Shown piece after piece: positions 36,012 to 45,981 of a stretch of 64,000 bases of DNA (positions are counted from its first letter, which is position 1; every line of letters begins with the position of its first letter). A model generated the notes under the pieces. It had not been told where the DNA came from and ran no database searches. It saw only the letters and a list, made by a program, of their open reading frames with translations. The stretch covers positions 128,001-192,000 of the forward strand of contig CBDCTZ010000012.1 of NCBI GenBank assembly GCA_965222375.1, written 5' to 3'. This stretch comes from Polyangiaceae bacterium (GTDB lineage Bacteria > Myxococcota_A > Polyangia > Polyangiales > Polyangiaceae). A program made the translations under genes and the position numbers.

Positions 36012-36448
36012 TTCTTTTCCGTATCGACGGGTACCCCCTCAGGTACGGGCGAGACCGCAAATGCGATCTTGGCAACCCCAGCGCGCTTCAACAAATCCAG
36101 CACGTGAATGACGCGCCCATGCTCGACTTTGCGGTCGGCGCGGATGACCGCACGCAATTCCTTGTTCTTTTCCCGGGCGGTTTTGGCCAGACTGCCCACG
36201 GCGTCGTCGTTCTTGACCACCTTGCCGTCGATCATGGTTTTTCCGTCCACGGTCAGCTCGACGCTGAAAATCTGCTGAACCTCCTCGCCGCTGGCTGCCT
36301 TGGGCAGATCCATGGGCATGCCGCGGGAAACGATGATTTTCGCCGTAACCATGAAGATGATGAGGAGCACCAGGGTGACGTCCACCAGGGGGGTCACGTT
36401 GATGCCGCTGATCAGGCCTTCTTCGTCTTCTCCGCCGGCGGCTGACAC
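36008..36448 (-). CDS. exbD: ExbD/TolR biopolymer transporter
   Basis: INVTPLVDVTLVLLIIFMV, DLPKA, IRADRKVEHG. Confidence 0.92.
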   Translation of the reverse strand: MSAAGGEDEEGLISGINVTPLVDVTLVLLIIFMVTAKIIVSRGMPMDLPKAASGEEVQQIFSVELTVDGKTMIDGKVVKNDDAVGSLAKTAREKNKELRAVIRADRKVEHGRVIHVLDLLKRAGVAKIAFAVSPVPEGVPVDTEKK

Positions 36449-36451
36449 AGC

Positions 36452-37201
36452 TTAGTCCTCACCCTCGTCGTCGTCCGCCGGCGGGGGGGCCGACTCGCCG
36501 GCCGAGAGCTGCGGGCCAGCCGCCGTTCGGTAGGCGCTGCCTGTCTCGACCGCCACCAAGTGCGCGAGCAACACGCGGGTGAGCGCTTCGGTATTGGCCA
36601 GGACGCTCTTGGCCTGGCGTTGGAACACGTTGTACATGGCCACGGCTGGGATGGCGACGGCTAGGCCAATAGCTGTGGCGACGAGAGCCTCGGCGATGGC
36701 GTACATCACTTCTTGCGGAGCCATGGCGCTTGCAGCCGCGGCTGCGGTTGCGGAAGCGTCCTGCCGCCCCAAGGCTTCGAAGGCCTGAACGACGCCGATT
36801 ACGGTTCCGAACAGCCCGATGAACGGAGCGTTGTTTCCAAGCGTACCGAGATACGCTAACCGCCGTTCCAACTTCATACGTTGCAGCGCGGCGGCACCCT
36901 TCATGGCTTCTTCGGCGGCCTTGGCACCGCGGTCTGCTTCGAGCAAACCGGCACACACTACGGCCGCCTCCGCGCTGGGAGACTTCTCCATTCGCTGTCT
37001 GGCGCCCTCCATGTCGCCCGCGCGCAGAAGCTCACGCAACTGCGCAGCAAGCCCGGCAAGGTCGTCGCGCAAGGAGTAATAGAACCAAGCGCGTTCCAGC
37101 ATGACCGCTACGGAAATCACGCTGAGCACGACCAAGAGCCACATGACCCAGCCCGCGCCGAAGTTGGTCATCAGGCGTTGCAGCCACTCGACAAGATTCA
37201 T
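36452..37201 (-). CDS. exbB: MotA/TolQ/ExbB proton channel protein
   Basis: LGTLGNNAPFIGLFGTVIG, IAEALVATAIGLAVAIPAV. Confidence 0.92.
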   Translation of the reverse strand: MNLVEWLQRLMTNFGAGWVMWLLVVLSVISVAVMLERAWFYYSLRDDLAGLAAQLRELLRAGDMEGARQRMEKSPSAEAAVVCAGLLEADRGAKAAEEAMKGAAALQRMKLERRLAYLGTLGNNAPFIGLFGTVIGVVQAFEALGRQDASATAAAAASAMAPQEVMYAIAEALVATAIGLAVAIPAVAMYNVFQRQAKSVLANTEALTRVLLAHLVAVETGSAYRTAAGPQLSAGESAPPPADDDEGED

Positions 37202-37371
37202 TGGAGCATTACCTCGTACTCACCCCGGGCCACCCGTCGGTGCCCGCAGAGCGAAATTCCTTCGTTCAGAATGTCTAAGACAAAAGCAACCTGCTCGTCA
37301 GGGGGCACGTGGCGTACCACGGATTGGGCCGCGGGGCCTACGCTCGAGCCTCTAAATACCGTGAAGTATTG

Positions 37372-38868
37372 TTAAATCTCGTGCGGCATGAGGTCGTGTG
37401 GCGAGCGAAAGAACTGCGTCGGCGAGTATTGGCGCAGGCACGAGACCCGGCGGGTGTAGATGTCGGCGTAGAGATTGACCTGCAGGCCGAAGCTACTCAT
37501 TTCGTGCTCCTCCTTCAAAAGGGAGCCCCAATAGGGGTGGAAGGCGGCGTCGACTTGCTCGACGAGGGAGTTGTGCTCCTGGTCCACGCGCCGCATCTCC
37601 GCGCGAATTCGCTCGATGGCCTTCTTCACCCGGCTGCGCTCGGCCGCCGTGTCGGCCTTGCTGCCGTTGCTGCTACGAGACAGTTCTTTGAAGCGACTTT
37701 GATAGAAGCGGAGCTCATCCTCGAGGCTGTCGCGAACTTCGTACAACTCTCGCACGCGAGACATTTCTAGGATGCTGGACTCCAGAGCGGCGATCTCCGC
37801 GTCCAGCTCTTGCAGGATGAGCACGGTGCGCCAAGAGGACTCTTTCTTCGAACGCAGGATGTCACCGTAGATGTGGTCGCCAACGTAGAGCACGCTAGAG
37901 CCAACCACGCCGGTCAAACGCTCGAAGTCTCGTAGGTTGCCGCCTTCGTAGACGTGACCTCGCTCCAAAGTCTTCGCTTTGCGCAGCACTTCGCCGTCTC
38001 GTTCCATGAAGGGATTGCCGTTTTCAAACCAGGACGGCTTCTGGGATGCACAGATTGATATGTCGAAGTAGTTCCGCCAGTTCGGGTACTCGGGCATTGC
38101 CGACCCGAGCAGGAACGTCATCATCTGTTCGGTGTAACCCGCGGGCGAATTGGTCAGCAGGAATAGCTTCTTTCCCGAGGAGCGTAGCTTGTGCAGGGTG
38201 CGCGCGAGCTCTGGGTCACGATCGACGTAGCGCGCGAGATTGCCCGTCACGTGCTTGTAGACCGAGCCGTCCCGGTGGGCCTCGTCGATGGCGGCGCGCA
38301 CATCCCCGAACAACTTGGCGAAATCCACGCGTTCGCCCTCTTGCTCCAGGGCCGACACAATCGCCGCGAAGGCGGTCACTTCCGAGAGCGCGAAGAGGGT
38401 ATCGATCCAGTGATAGCGCGGCGTGTGGGGTCGGATCCGCTTGTGGTGGTAGAGTTCCAACAGCTGCTCGCGGCTGAGCCGAGTCTGCCCGTGGTACCCC
38501 TTCAGCACCACCTTGTGGCGATCCATCTTGAGCACGTGCCCAAACTTCTTGTCGATCAAGAGGCCGCGGATCGGAAAGCGGGTGTCGTAGGAGAGGCGCC
38601 GCAAGTAGCGCGGATAGCCTCGGCGAATCAAACGCTCCACGGTGAGCTCGACGCTCAGCGTGTCCATCTCTTGCTGGTTGTAGATGGCCAGCGTGTAGTC
38701 CATGTCGAAGCCGACCCACTCGATGCTGGACATGCGCAAATTTCGATTGACGAAGATGCGATCCTCGCGATGAATGCGCGACGGTTGTTCGTGCTCGTCT
38801 AAAACGCCGGGGATGGGAAGAACGAGCTGTCGGTCAGGAGAATGGCTTATGGACAACGTTCGATTCAC
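37372..38868 (-). CDS. HAD-IG family 5'-nucleotidase (cN-II-like)
   Basis: IFVNRNL, GFDMDYTLA, LFLLTNS, KPSWF, LYVGDHIYGDILRSKK. Start uncertain. Confidence 0.92.
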   Translation of the reverse strand: MNRTLSISHSPDRQLVLPIPGVLDEHEQPSRIHREDRIFVNRNLRMSSIEWVGFDMDYTLAIYNQQEMDTLSVELTVERLIRRGYPRYLRRLSYDTRFPIRGLLIDKKFGHVLKMDRHKVVLKGYHGQTRLSREQLLELYHHKRIRPHTPRYHWIDTLFALSEVTAFAAIVSALEQEGERVDFAKLFGDVRAAIDEAHRDGSVYKHVTGNLARYVDRDPELARTLHKLRSSGKKLFLLTNSPAGYTEQMMTFLLGSAMPEYPNWRNYFDISICASQKPSWFENGNPFMERDGEVLRKAKTLERGHVYEGGNLRDFERLTGVVGSSVLYVGDHIYGDILRSKKESSWRTVLILQELDAEIAALESSILEMSRVRELYEVRDSLEDELRFYQSRFKELSRSSNGSKADTAAERSRVKKAIERIRAEMRRVDQEHNSLVEQVDAAFHPYWGSLLKEEHEMSSFGLQVNLYADIYTRRVSCLRQYSPTQFFRSPHDLMPHEI

Positions 38869-38897
38869 GATAGCCTGGATTGGCGGTAGCTCCCATA

Positions 38898-39980
38898 TTA
38901 CTGGGCAAAGCCCCGCAAAGCTCGAACTGGCCGCACACCAACTCCATGGCCGGCCGCGATGTGGTCAACGCTCAGGCGTGGGCCCTGGCGGCGAACGCCA
39001 CCGACGAAGGGCGGGTCTCGTACGAACAGAGCCGTGTCGAGATCGACGAATTCAAAGCCCCCGACCCCAGCGGCCAGGCACGCAGACACGCTCATCGCCA
39101 GGTCGGATTCCACCAAGCCGCCGATCATCAGCCTCAGGCCACAGCCTCGAGCAGCGAGGGCGAGATCCCAGGCCTCGATCACGCCGCTCTTCATGAGCTT
39201 GATGTTGACGACGTCCACGGCGCCGGTGAGCTTCGGCAGCTGCTCCGGTGAAGTGACGCTTTCGTCCGCTGCAACCAGGACGCCCGCTCGCCGCACTCTC
39301 GCCAGCCCATCTAGGTCGTCCTTTGCGGTGGGCTGCTCGAATAAGGCGACGCGAGTGACCTGGTCGCCCAGGCTCTGAAGCAGGGCCATGGCGGCTTCGG
39401 CGCTCAAGCTGGCGTTCGCATCCAGAATGAAGTCCGCTCCCGGCGCTGCATCGAACACTGCAGCTAGTCGCGCCGCATCGGTCTCTGCGGCTGCGCCGCC
39501 CACCTTGATCTTGATTGTCTCGAAGCCGTCCGCCACGGCGCGTCGCGCGGAAGCTGCGGCATGCTGCGGCGACCCGGTCACCACCGTGATGTCCGTGCAA
39601 AGCTCGGAGCAGGCTCCCCCGAAGTAGTGCCACAAACTTTCCCCGACGCGGCGCGTCTGGGCATCGAGACAGGCCATTTCGATCGCCGCCCGCGCGCTGG
39701 GGCTCGGACAGTCGCGCTTCAGCTGGGCCGCGATGTCCCGGATGCTTGCGTCGAGCCCGCACAGGCTCTCGGCCGCCTCGCGAATGCTGGCTAGGGCTGC
39801 CGCTTGGGTGTCGCCGTTGAAGGCCGGAAATGGCGCGGCTTCACCGAGCCCAATGCTGCCATCTGCAAGCTGCACACGCACCAACACATTGTCCGCCTGG
39901 GGTTGCGAGCCACCCGCGATGCCGAAGGCTTCCGTCAGCGATAGCGACAGAGGCTCGCACTGCACGTCGGCGATCTGCAT
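38898..39980 (-). CDS. L-Ala-D/L-Glu dipeptide epimerase (enolase superfamily)
   Basis: GLGEAAP, IKIKVG, LDANA, FEQP, AADES, NIKLMKSG, DLD. Confidence 0.9.
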   Translation of the reverse strand: MQIADVQCEPLSLSLTEAFGIAGGSQPQADNVLVRVQLADGSIGLGEAAPFPAFNGDTQAAALASIREAAESLCGLDASIRDIAAQLKRDCPSPSARAAIEMACLDAQTRRVGESLWHYFGGACSELCTDITVVTGSPQHAAASARRAVADGFETIKIKVGGAAAETDAARLAAVFDAAPGADFILDANASLSAEAAMALLQSLGDQVTRVALFEQPTAKDDLDGLARVRRAGVLVAADESVTSPEQLPKLTGAVDVVNIKLMKSGVIEAWDLALAARGCGLRLMIGGLVESDLAMSVSACLAAGVGGFEFVDLDTALFVRDPPFVGGVRRQGPRLSVDHIAAGHGVGVRPVRALRGFAQ

Positions 39981-40122
39981 GACGCCCTCCTAGCGCGGAT
40001 CCTCTGGGTTTTGAATGATGCCCCCTCCCTTGGCTCGCTCGGCTGCGGTGCGGCGTGCTCGGCTGTCGCCTGCGCCGCCGCGGCCCCCCAAACCTGCGCT
40101 CCGCGCAGCCGGGGGGCCCGAC

Positions 40123-40761
40123 CTACTTGATGCTGCCGCAGCAGATGAGGGCTGCGGTCGCAGGAATTCGACCGGATAGACCGGCCGTGAACATCGTGAG
40201 TTCGTCGCTGCCGAGCTGGCGATGGGTGACACCGGCGAAGGCACCGACGCCGTACTCACCGTGGGCGGCACCGGCCACGAAACCGCTTCCGCCGCTCTCC
40301 GCGCCAGAGCCGCTGACGAAGCTGGCCAACTCCGCGGACAGCGCGAGGGTGGCTCCCCAACCGACGCGCCCGCCGCCTTCGGGATCGAAGAGCAGTTCGC
40401 CCATGTTGCGCACGCCCAGTCGCGTGACGCGCCCATCCTGCGTGAATCTGAGGGGCAACACCGCTGTCTCGAAGTAGGGCCCGTGAATGGTGGGCGTGTC
40501 CCGGGTGACGTCGACCCGATAGCCGGCCCCCACGTCCAGCTTGCGCGAGAGCTGCGAACGGAAGAGTTGCTGGGGGTGCAGAGCGCCGCGAAGCACTACT
40601 TCTCGCTCGGGCGCCTTGGGCACGGCTTGACCCGGCTCTTGCCGCGCCCCGGTGCCGGAACCCGAAACCGATGCTTGAGCCGGCGGTACTGCCACAGGCA
40701 GGCAACCTGCAGGCAAGACTAGGGCGGCGGGGCCAATCGCGACAAAGCTCTGGAAGCGCAT
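40123..40761 (-). CDS. Hypothetical lipoprotein, beta-strand-rich
   Basis: Lipobox-like PAGC; amphipathic strands; sigma54 motif directly upstream. Confidence 0.6.
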   Translation of the reverse strand: MRFQSFVAIGPAALVLPAGCLPVAVPPAQASVSGSGTGARQEPGQAVPKAPEREVVLRGALHPQQLFRSQLSRKLDVGAGYRVDVTRDTPTIHGPYFETAVLPLRFTQDGRVTRLGVRNMGELLFDPEGGGRVGWGATLALSAELASFVSGSGAESGGSGFVAGAAHGEYGVGAFAGVTHRQLGSDELTMFTAGLSGRIPATAALICCGSIK

Positions 40762-40774
40762 GGCGGGTCGGCAC

Positions 40775-40790
40775 GCAATGCTGGTGCCAA
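40775..40790 (-). promoter_or_regulatory. Sigma54 (-24/-12) promoter
   Basis: Minus strand TTGGCAC-cagca-TTGC, 13 nt upstream of ATG 40761. Confidence 0.65.
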
Positions 40791-40908
40791 GGAACGAAAT
40801 CGCCCCGCCGCCCTAGATTGTGGGGCGTTGAGGGTTCCGGCCACGGCCGCGGGATTGAGGGTGACGCCCTCGGGTCACACCCAGCTACAGCGCGTCGTTC
40901 ACGCAGGG

Positions 40909-41979
40909 CTACTCTCGCGACCGCGCGAAGATCGTGGAGTTCTTGGTGTCGGCGTCTCGCTCGGCCCAGTACACGCAGTCCTTGTCCAAGGTCATCGCCT
41001 CGATCGAGTTCGCCGAAGGCGCCGTGGCCAGGGGGTACAGGGTGCCGTCCTTGGGGTCGACGCCGCTCAAGATCTGCGGATCCCCTTCCTTGGGCCCCTT
41101 GAACACGGTGTACACCAGGTTTTCGTCAGCAGCGACCACCGCTCGGACCACCAAACCGGATGCGATCTTGCTCGCGGCTCCGCCCTTTTTCGGCACCCGC
41201 ATCAGATCGCCCTTTAGGGCCAGGTTGAAATAGACGTCGTCGCTGCCCATGGCCAAGGAGTAGGGTTTCGCCTGCTTCTTGGCGAGGGACTTGGGTTTGC
41301 CGCCCTTCAGGGAAAAGCGCAGCACGCGATTGCCACTCGAGTCCGTGACGTACACGCCGGAGCCGTCCACCACGATGGCGCTGTATCCGAAGGGGCCGTG
41401 CTTGGCTTCCGGGCGCGACACGCTGCCCAGTTCTTTGGATTTGCGATCCTTCTTGGTCATTTTCACGACTCGGTCGTAGGGACCGTAGTCGCCGGGCACA
41501 CCGTAGACATGCGCGCCGTCCAAGGCGATGGCCTGGGACGAGAAGGTTGGCGCCGGCGTGTCCGTCTCGCCGCCGGCTTTGGGAATAGTGTTCAAGCGGA
41601 TCCCAGCCGTGAAGTAGAGCAGCTTGTCGTCCACGGCCAGACCCCTGGGTTCGAGATCGAGAGACGTGAGCTGCGTCTTGCCACCGCCGTCCTTGCGGAT
41701 CTTGCCGACGTCGCCTCGACTTCCGTACAGCTGCCAACTCGAGAAGAACAAGTCCGTGGCGTCTCCCGCAAAGCCGTAGACGTAGCCGAAGGTCTCGCCC
41801 AGCTTCACGGGCTTCTTGCCCGAGGCCTGGCAGCCCTTCGGTGCGGGCGCTTCAGCGGTCTTCGCTGAGGCAGTGGCCGAAGGGGCTTCGGCGACCGGCG
41901 CTTCTTTCTTGTCGCAACCCCCGGCGACGACAACGGCGAGCCCGAGACTGATCGAGCGACCAAGAGTTAGGATCTGCAT
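40909..41979 (-). CDS. Lipoprotein with beta-propeller repeats (DUF5050-like)
   Basis: Lipobox AGGC; repeated (L/I)AVD...(L/V)Y(F/W)....(V/I)PK.GG blades. Confidence 0.75.
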   Translation of the reverse strand: MQILTLGRSISLGLAVVVAGGCDKKEAPVAEAPSATASAKTAEAPAPKGCQASGKKPVKLGETFGYVYGFAGDATDLFFSSWQLYGSRGDVGKIRKDGGGKTQLTSLDLEPRGLAVDDKLLYFTAGIRLNTIPKAGGETDTPAPTFSSQAIALDGAHVYGVPGDYGPYDRVVKMTKKDRKSKELGSVSRPEAKHGPFGYSAIVVDGSGVYVTDSSGNRVLRFSLKGGKPKSLAKKQAKPYSLAMGSDDVYFNLALKGDLMRVPKKGGAASKIASGLVVRAVVAADENLVYTVFKGPKEGDPQILSGVDPKDGTLYPLATAPSANSIEAMTLDKDCVYWAERDADTKNSTIFARSRE

Positions 41980-42154
41980 GCTTTCCCTCGCTTGGTGGTG
42001 GGCCTGCGGCCCGAGACCGACCCGGCCCCGAACCTACGCCTCGGGCAAGTGCACGTCGAGGCCGGCGACGGAGATTGGCTCGGCGCCCATGCCATGCGTC
42101 AGCCCGCCGGGCCCTCGCTTGCGCATTTGGCGCTGTGCGTCGATAGATCAGAGG

Positions 42155-42853
42155 GTGAAGGCGGTGTGCATACTCGTGACGGGGGATCCCGTGCCCCGGG
42201 CGGAGCGGCGGCGCGGTCGCTTCGCCGACATGATTCGCAGGCTGGCTCCCGACACCACTCACTGGGTCGAGGTGGATGCGCGCGCTCCGGAGCTTCCTGC
42301 TGCCTCGGAATTCGCGGCCTTGGTGATCACGGGCTCGGCGGCGAGGGTCGCCGAGCGAACCCGGTGGATGACCCGGGCGGAGGCCTTCGTGCTCGGGGCC
42401 GTGGAAGACGAGGTGCCCACCTTGGGGATCTGTTTCGGCCACCAACTGATGGGTCGCGCGCTGGGAGGCCGAGTGGCGGAGAATCCCTCAGGCCGGGAGA
42501 TGGGGACGAAGCGCTACTTCGAGCTGAGCCCGGACGAAGTCGTCTCGGACTCGGAGCCTCCCTACTTGTGCAACATGAGTCACTTGGACTCCGTGGTCGA
42601 GCTACCACCGGGGGCTCGGGTCGTGGGGCATACGGAGCAGGAACCCCACGCAGCCGTGCGTTTCGGAGAGTCCGCCTGGGGCGTGCAGTTCCACCCCGAG
42701 TTCGATGAGGTGACCATGCGCAGCTACATCGAAGAGCGCCGCGACATCTTGCGCTCCGAGTCGCGAGATCCCGAGCAAATGCTCGACGGCGTGCAGGCCA
42801 CCCACGCGGGAAGCGGCGTACTCACGCGATTCTTGAGCCGACTCCGCCGTTGA
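42155..42853 (+). CDS. Class I glutamine amidotransferase-like protein
   Basis: VITGS, LGICFGHQL (Cys), GVQFHPE (His-Glu); GTG start at 42155 inferred. Confidence 0.9.
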   Translation: MKAVCILVTGDPVPRAERRRGRFADMIRRLAPDTTHWVEVDARAPELPAASEFAALVITGSAARVAERTRWMTRAEAFVLGAVEDEVPTLGICFGHQLMGRALGGRVAENPSGREMGTKRYFELSPDEVVSDSEPPYLCNMSHLDSVVELPPGARVVGHTEQEPHAAVRFGESAWGVQFHPEFDEVTMRSYIEERRDILRSESRDPEQMLDGVQATHAGSGVLTRFLSRLRR

Positions 42854-42892
42854 AGTCTGCGCAACGGGCCGCGGTTGAGCTCGAGCCGAGGC

Positions 42893-44044
42893 TCAGGACA
42901 CGTGTTTCATGAACACGGGTAGCTCGGCATAGCGCCGCGAGTGAAACACGTCGTCGCCAAAGAGCGTCGACAGGGAGTGCATGCGCTTGAAGTACAGGCC
43001 CACGTCGTGCTCGTCCGTGACACCGATGCCGCCGTGGAGCTGGATGCCCTGGCGAGTGACGAAGCCCCCGCTTTCGCAGAGTTGCACCTTGGCTGCCGAA
43101 ATGGCCCGGTGGCGCTCGGTGAGGTCGGACTCTTCGGCTTTGAGCATGGCCAAGATGGCCGTGCTCTTGGCTAGCTCCGTCTCTACGAACATGTCCACGC
43201 AGCGATGCTGCAAGGCCTGGAAGCTGCCGATGGCGCGACCGAACTGCTTGCGCTCGGTCAGATAGTTCCGCGTCATCATCAAGACGGCTTGCATGATGCC
43301 GGAGCCCTCGCAGCACGCCGCCGCGGCGCCGAGGTCGAAGAGTCGGTCCAATACGGGCGCGGCGCCGTCGGCATCTCCGAGCAGGCGATCCGCGCCAACC
43401 TCGACCCCGTCCAGCTTGAGCATGCCACCCAGCTTGCCGTCCATCTGTTTGACGGTCTGAGCCGTGAGGCCTTTGGCGTCGCGGTCGACGACAAAGAGGG
43501 AGACTCCCTTGGCGTCGCTGTCGCCGCCGCTGGTGCGGGCGGAGACAACGATCTGGTCTGCCGCGTGCCCGTTTTGCACCCAGCGTTTTTCGCCGCTGAG
43601 CTTGTAGCCCGAGCCGGACTTTTCCGCTTTGGTCCGCACATTGCACACGTCGAAGCGGCTCTGGGCTTCGCCTAGGGCAAGGGCGAGGCTGGTATCGCCA
43701 GCGACGGCGGGGGCCAAGAACTGTTCTTGCTGAGCCGCGCTGCCGGCGTTGGCCAGGGCAGCCCCGGCAACCACTAGCGGCAAGACGGGCTCGGGCACGA
43801 GGGTGGTGCCCAGCTGCTCGATGATCAGGCCCATCTCCACAAAGCTCATCTGGGAGCCTCCGGCGGCCTCGGGAAACATCACACCGAGCCAGCCCAGCTC
43901 ACCCATCTGCTTCCAGACGGCCTTTTCCCAGCCGGCGCCTTCGTCGCGCAACTTGCGCATGCGTTCCACGGGCGATTCCTTACGCACGAAGGACTGCACC
44001 GTGCTCACCAACATTTTTTGGTCTTCGGTTAGTTCGAAATCCAT
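42893..44044 (-). CDS. Acyl-CoA dehydrogenase (small-subunit type of a heteromeric pair)
   Basis: LSGEKRWV, RKQFGRAIGSFQALQHR, QLHGGIGVTDE. Confidence 0.92.
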   Translation of the reverse strand: MDFELTEDQKMLVSTVQSFVRKESPVERMRKLRDEGAGWEKAVWKQMGELGWLGVMFPEAAGGSQMSFVEMGLIIEQLGTTLVPEPVLPLVVAGAALANAGSAAQQEQFLAPAVAGDTSLALALGEAQSRFDVCNVRTKAEKSGSGYKLSGEKRWVQNGHAADQIVVSARTSGGDSDAKGVSLFVVDRDAKGLTAQTVKQMDGKLGGMLKLDGVEVGADRLLGDADGAAPVLDRLFDLGAAAACCEGSGIMQAVLMMTRNYLTERKQFGRAIGSFQALQHRCVDMFVETELAKSTAILAMLKAEESDLTERHRAISAAKVQLCESGGFVTRQGIQLHGGIGVTDEHDVGLYFKRMHSLSTLFGDDVFHSRRYAELPVFMKHVS

Positions 44045-44054
44045 GGCGGTATCC

Positions 44055-45239
44055 TCAGGCGCTCGGTAGGCCAAGAATCATCTTGGAGATGATGTTTTTC
44101 TGAATCTCGTTCGAGCCGGCATAGATGGTCGCGGCTCGCATGTAGTTGAAGGCGCTCGGGACCCACTGCTCGCGATCCGGAACCACCCCAGGCTCGTTGA
44201 ACCAAGTGAACGAGTTTTCTCCCATCAGCTTCATCAACAGGTCGAAGCAGGCTTGTTGAATCTCCGTTCCACGCAGCTTCAAAATGCTGGACTCGGGGCC
44301 GGGAGCGTGACCCAGCTGCGCGCCGGCGATGGCGCGATAGTTGACCATCTTCAGTGCCTCCAGGCGGATCTCGATCCGGGCGATTTCGTTCTTGATCACC
44401 GGGTCTTCGATTAGCGGTCGCCCGCCCGAGAAGGTCTCGCTGGCGATGCGCTTGGCTCGTAGAAGGGCGCGGGTGGAGATGCCGACGCCGGCCACCAGAG
44501 TGCGCTCGTGTCCGAGCAGCGCCTTGGCGTAGGTCCAACCTTGGTTCATCTCTCCGACCAGGTTTTCCTTGGGCACCTTGACGTCTTCGAACCAAGTTTC
44601 GCAAAACGCGGGAGTGCCGCCTGTGGTCAAGAAGGGCTTGGCGGTGACGCCGGGGCTCTTCATGTCACACAGGATGAAGCTGATGCCCTCTTGCTTCTTC
44701 TTGGCCTCGGAGTTGGTCCGGGTCAGCAGGAAGATGAAGTCGGCATACTGCGCGTAGGTCGTCCAAGTCTTCTGACCATTGAGCAGGAAGTGATCGCCCT
44801 TGTCTTCGGCGCGCAACTGCAGGCTCGCCAGATCGCTACCCGAGTTCGGCTCGGAGTAGCCCTGGCACCACACCTTCGTGCCCGCCAAGATCTCCGGCAG
44901 GAAGCGTTTCTGCTGCTCTTCGTTGCCGAACTGGATGATCAGCGGGCCCACCATGGACAGGCCAAAGGGTGACAGCCGCGGTGCGCCGGATAGCTCGAGC
45001 TCTTCGCTGAAGATGAAGCGGCGGGTCGCGTCCCAGCCTGGACCGCCATGCTGCTTGGGCCAGTTGGGTGCGGCCCAGCCCTTCTTGGCGAGCACCTGGT
45101 GCCACTCCATCACTTCGTCGTGCTCGAACTCCGCGTCGGCCTCCGCCTTCTTCTTGACGTGCGGCGGCATCAACGAAAGGATCGTGTCACGCACTTCCTT
45201 TCGGAACGCTTCGTGTTCGGGCGAAAAACTCATGTCCAT
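44055..45239 (-). CDS. Acyl-CoA dehydrogenase (PimC/FadE-like large subunit)
   Basis: WCQGYSEPNSGSDLASL, NGQKTWTT, TIYAGSNEIQKNII. Confidence 0.93.
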   Translation of the reverse strand: MDMSFSPEHEAFRKEVRDTILSLMPPHVKKKAEADAEFEHDEVMEWHQVLAKKGWAAPNWPKQHGGPGWDATRRFIFSEELELSGAPRLSPFGLSMVGPLIIQFGNEEQQKRFLPEILAGTKVWCQGYSEPNSGSDLASLQLRAEDKGDHFLLNGQKTWTTYAQYADFIFLLTRTNSEAKKKQEGISFILCDMKSPGVTAKPFLTTGGTPAFCETWFEDVKVPKENLVGEMNQGWTYAKALLGHERTLVAGVGISTRALLRAKRIASETFSGGRPLIEDPVIKNEIARIEIRLEALKMVNYRAIAGAQLGHAPGPESSILKLRGTEIQQACFDLLMKLMGENSFTWFNEPGVVPDREQWVPSAFNYMRAATIYAGSNEIQKNIISKMILGLPSA

Positions 45240-45522
45240 GGCGAAAACCTCGTCGTACTAAGGGGTCGCAAAGCGCGTCGGGGCTTATAGCACCGCGGCG
45301 GCCATCATGGGTCGCCGCCCAATTGAGCCCCGCGCAATCCGCCGCCAGGCAACTCCGAGGTGTGCATTTTCGGTCCGGACCCATCCGCCGCGGCAGCCTG
45401 GGCTGCGCTGATCAGTGACCCAGCGCGCGGCCGGCGCGCCCAGCAATGGCGACGACGCCCCCAATGTCTTTGGCGACACCCGTGTCTTGCCGCCGAGCGC
45501 CCGCTTTGGCAGGGTCCGATTC

Positions 45523-45909
45523 GTGACTCCGAAAGAAAAAACCATCGTCAAATCCTTGGTGGCCGTGGCTTGGGCTGACGGCCAAGTCAAAGAACCCGAG
45601 CAAGGCATGCTCGAGGGGCTGCTCTGGGCCTTCGGGGCTGAAGAAGAGGACGAAAAAGAAATCCTCGCGTATGCCAAAAAGAAGCGGACCCTCAAAGACG
45701 ACATTCCCGTTGCCGAGCTCGACCGCGCAGACCGCGAGCTACTCTTGGCCCACGCTGCGCTGTTGACCCACGCGGACGGCAAGCAGACCAAGGCAGAGCA
45801 GAAGATCTTGCTTGGGTTGTTGGAAATCTTGGAGGTTTCCAAAGAAGAGGCCAAGCCGATTTTCGCCACCGCTCGCGAGCGGGCGAAGAAGCTCGCTGAG
45901 CGCTTCTGA
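45523..45909 (+). CDS. TerB-like domain protein
   Basis: LVAVAWADGQVKEPE and LTHADGKQTKAE repeats; GTG 45523 inferred as start. Confidence 0.75.
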   Translation: MTPKEKTIVKSLVAVAWADGQVKEPEQGMLEGLLWAFGAEEEDEKEILAYAKKKRTLKDDIPVAELDRADRELLLAHAALLTHADGKQTKAEQKILLGLLEILEVSKEEAKPIFATARERAKKLAERF

Positions 45910-45981
45910 GCCGCTGGCCCTCGACGGCCCGGCGCTCCAATCTCGACAGCCGATAGCGAGTGCGCTAAGTCCGCGCCCCTC

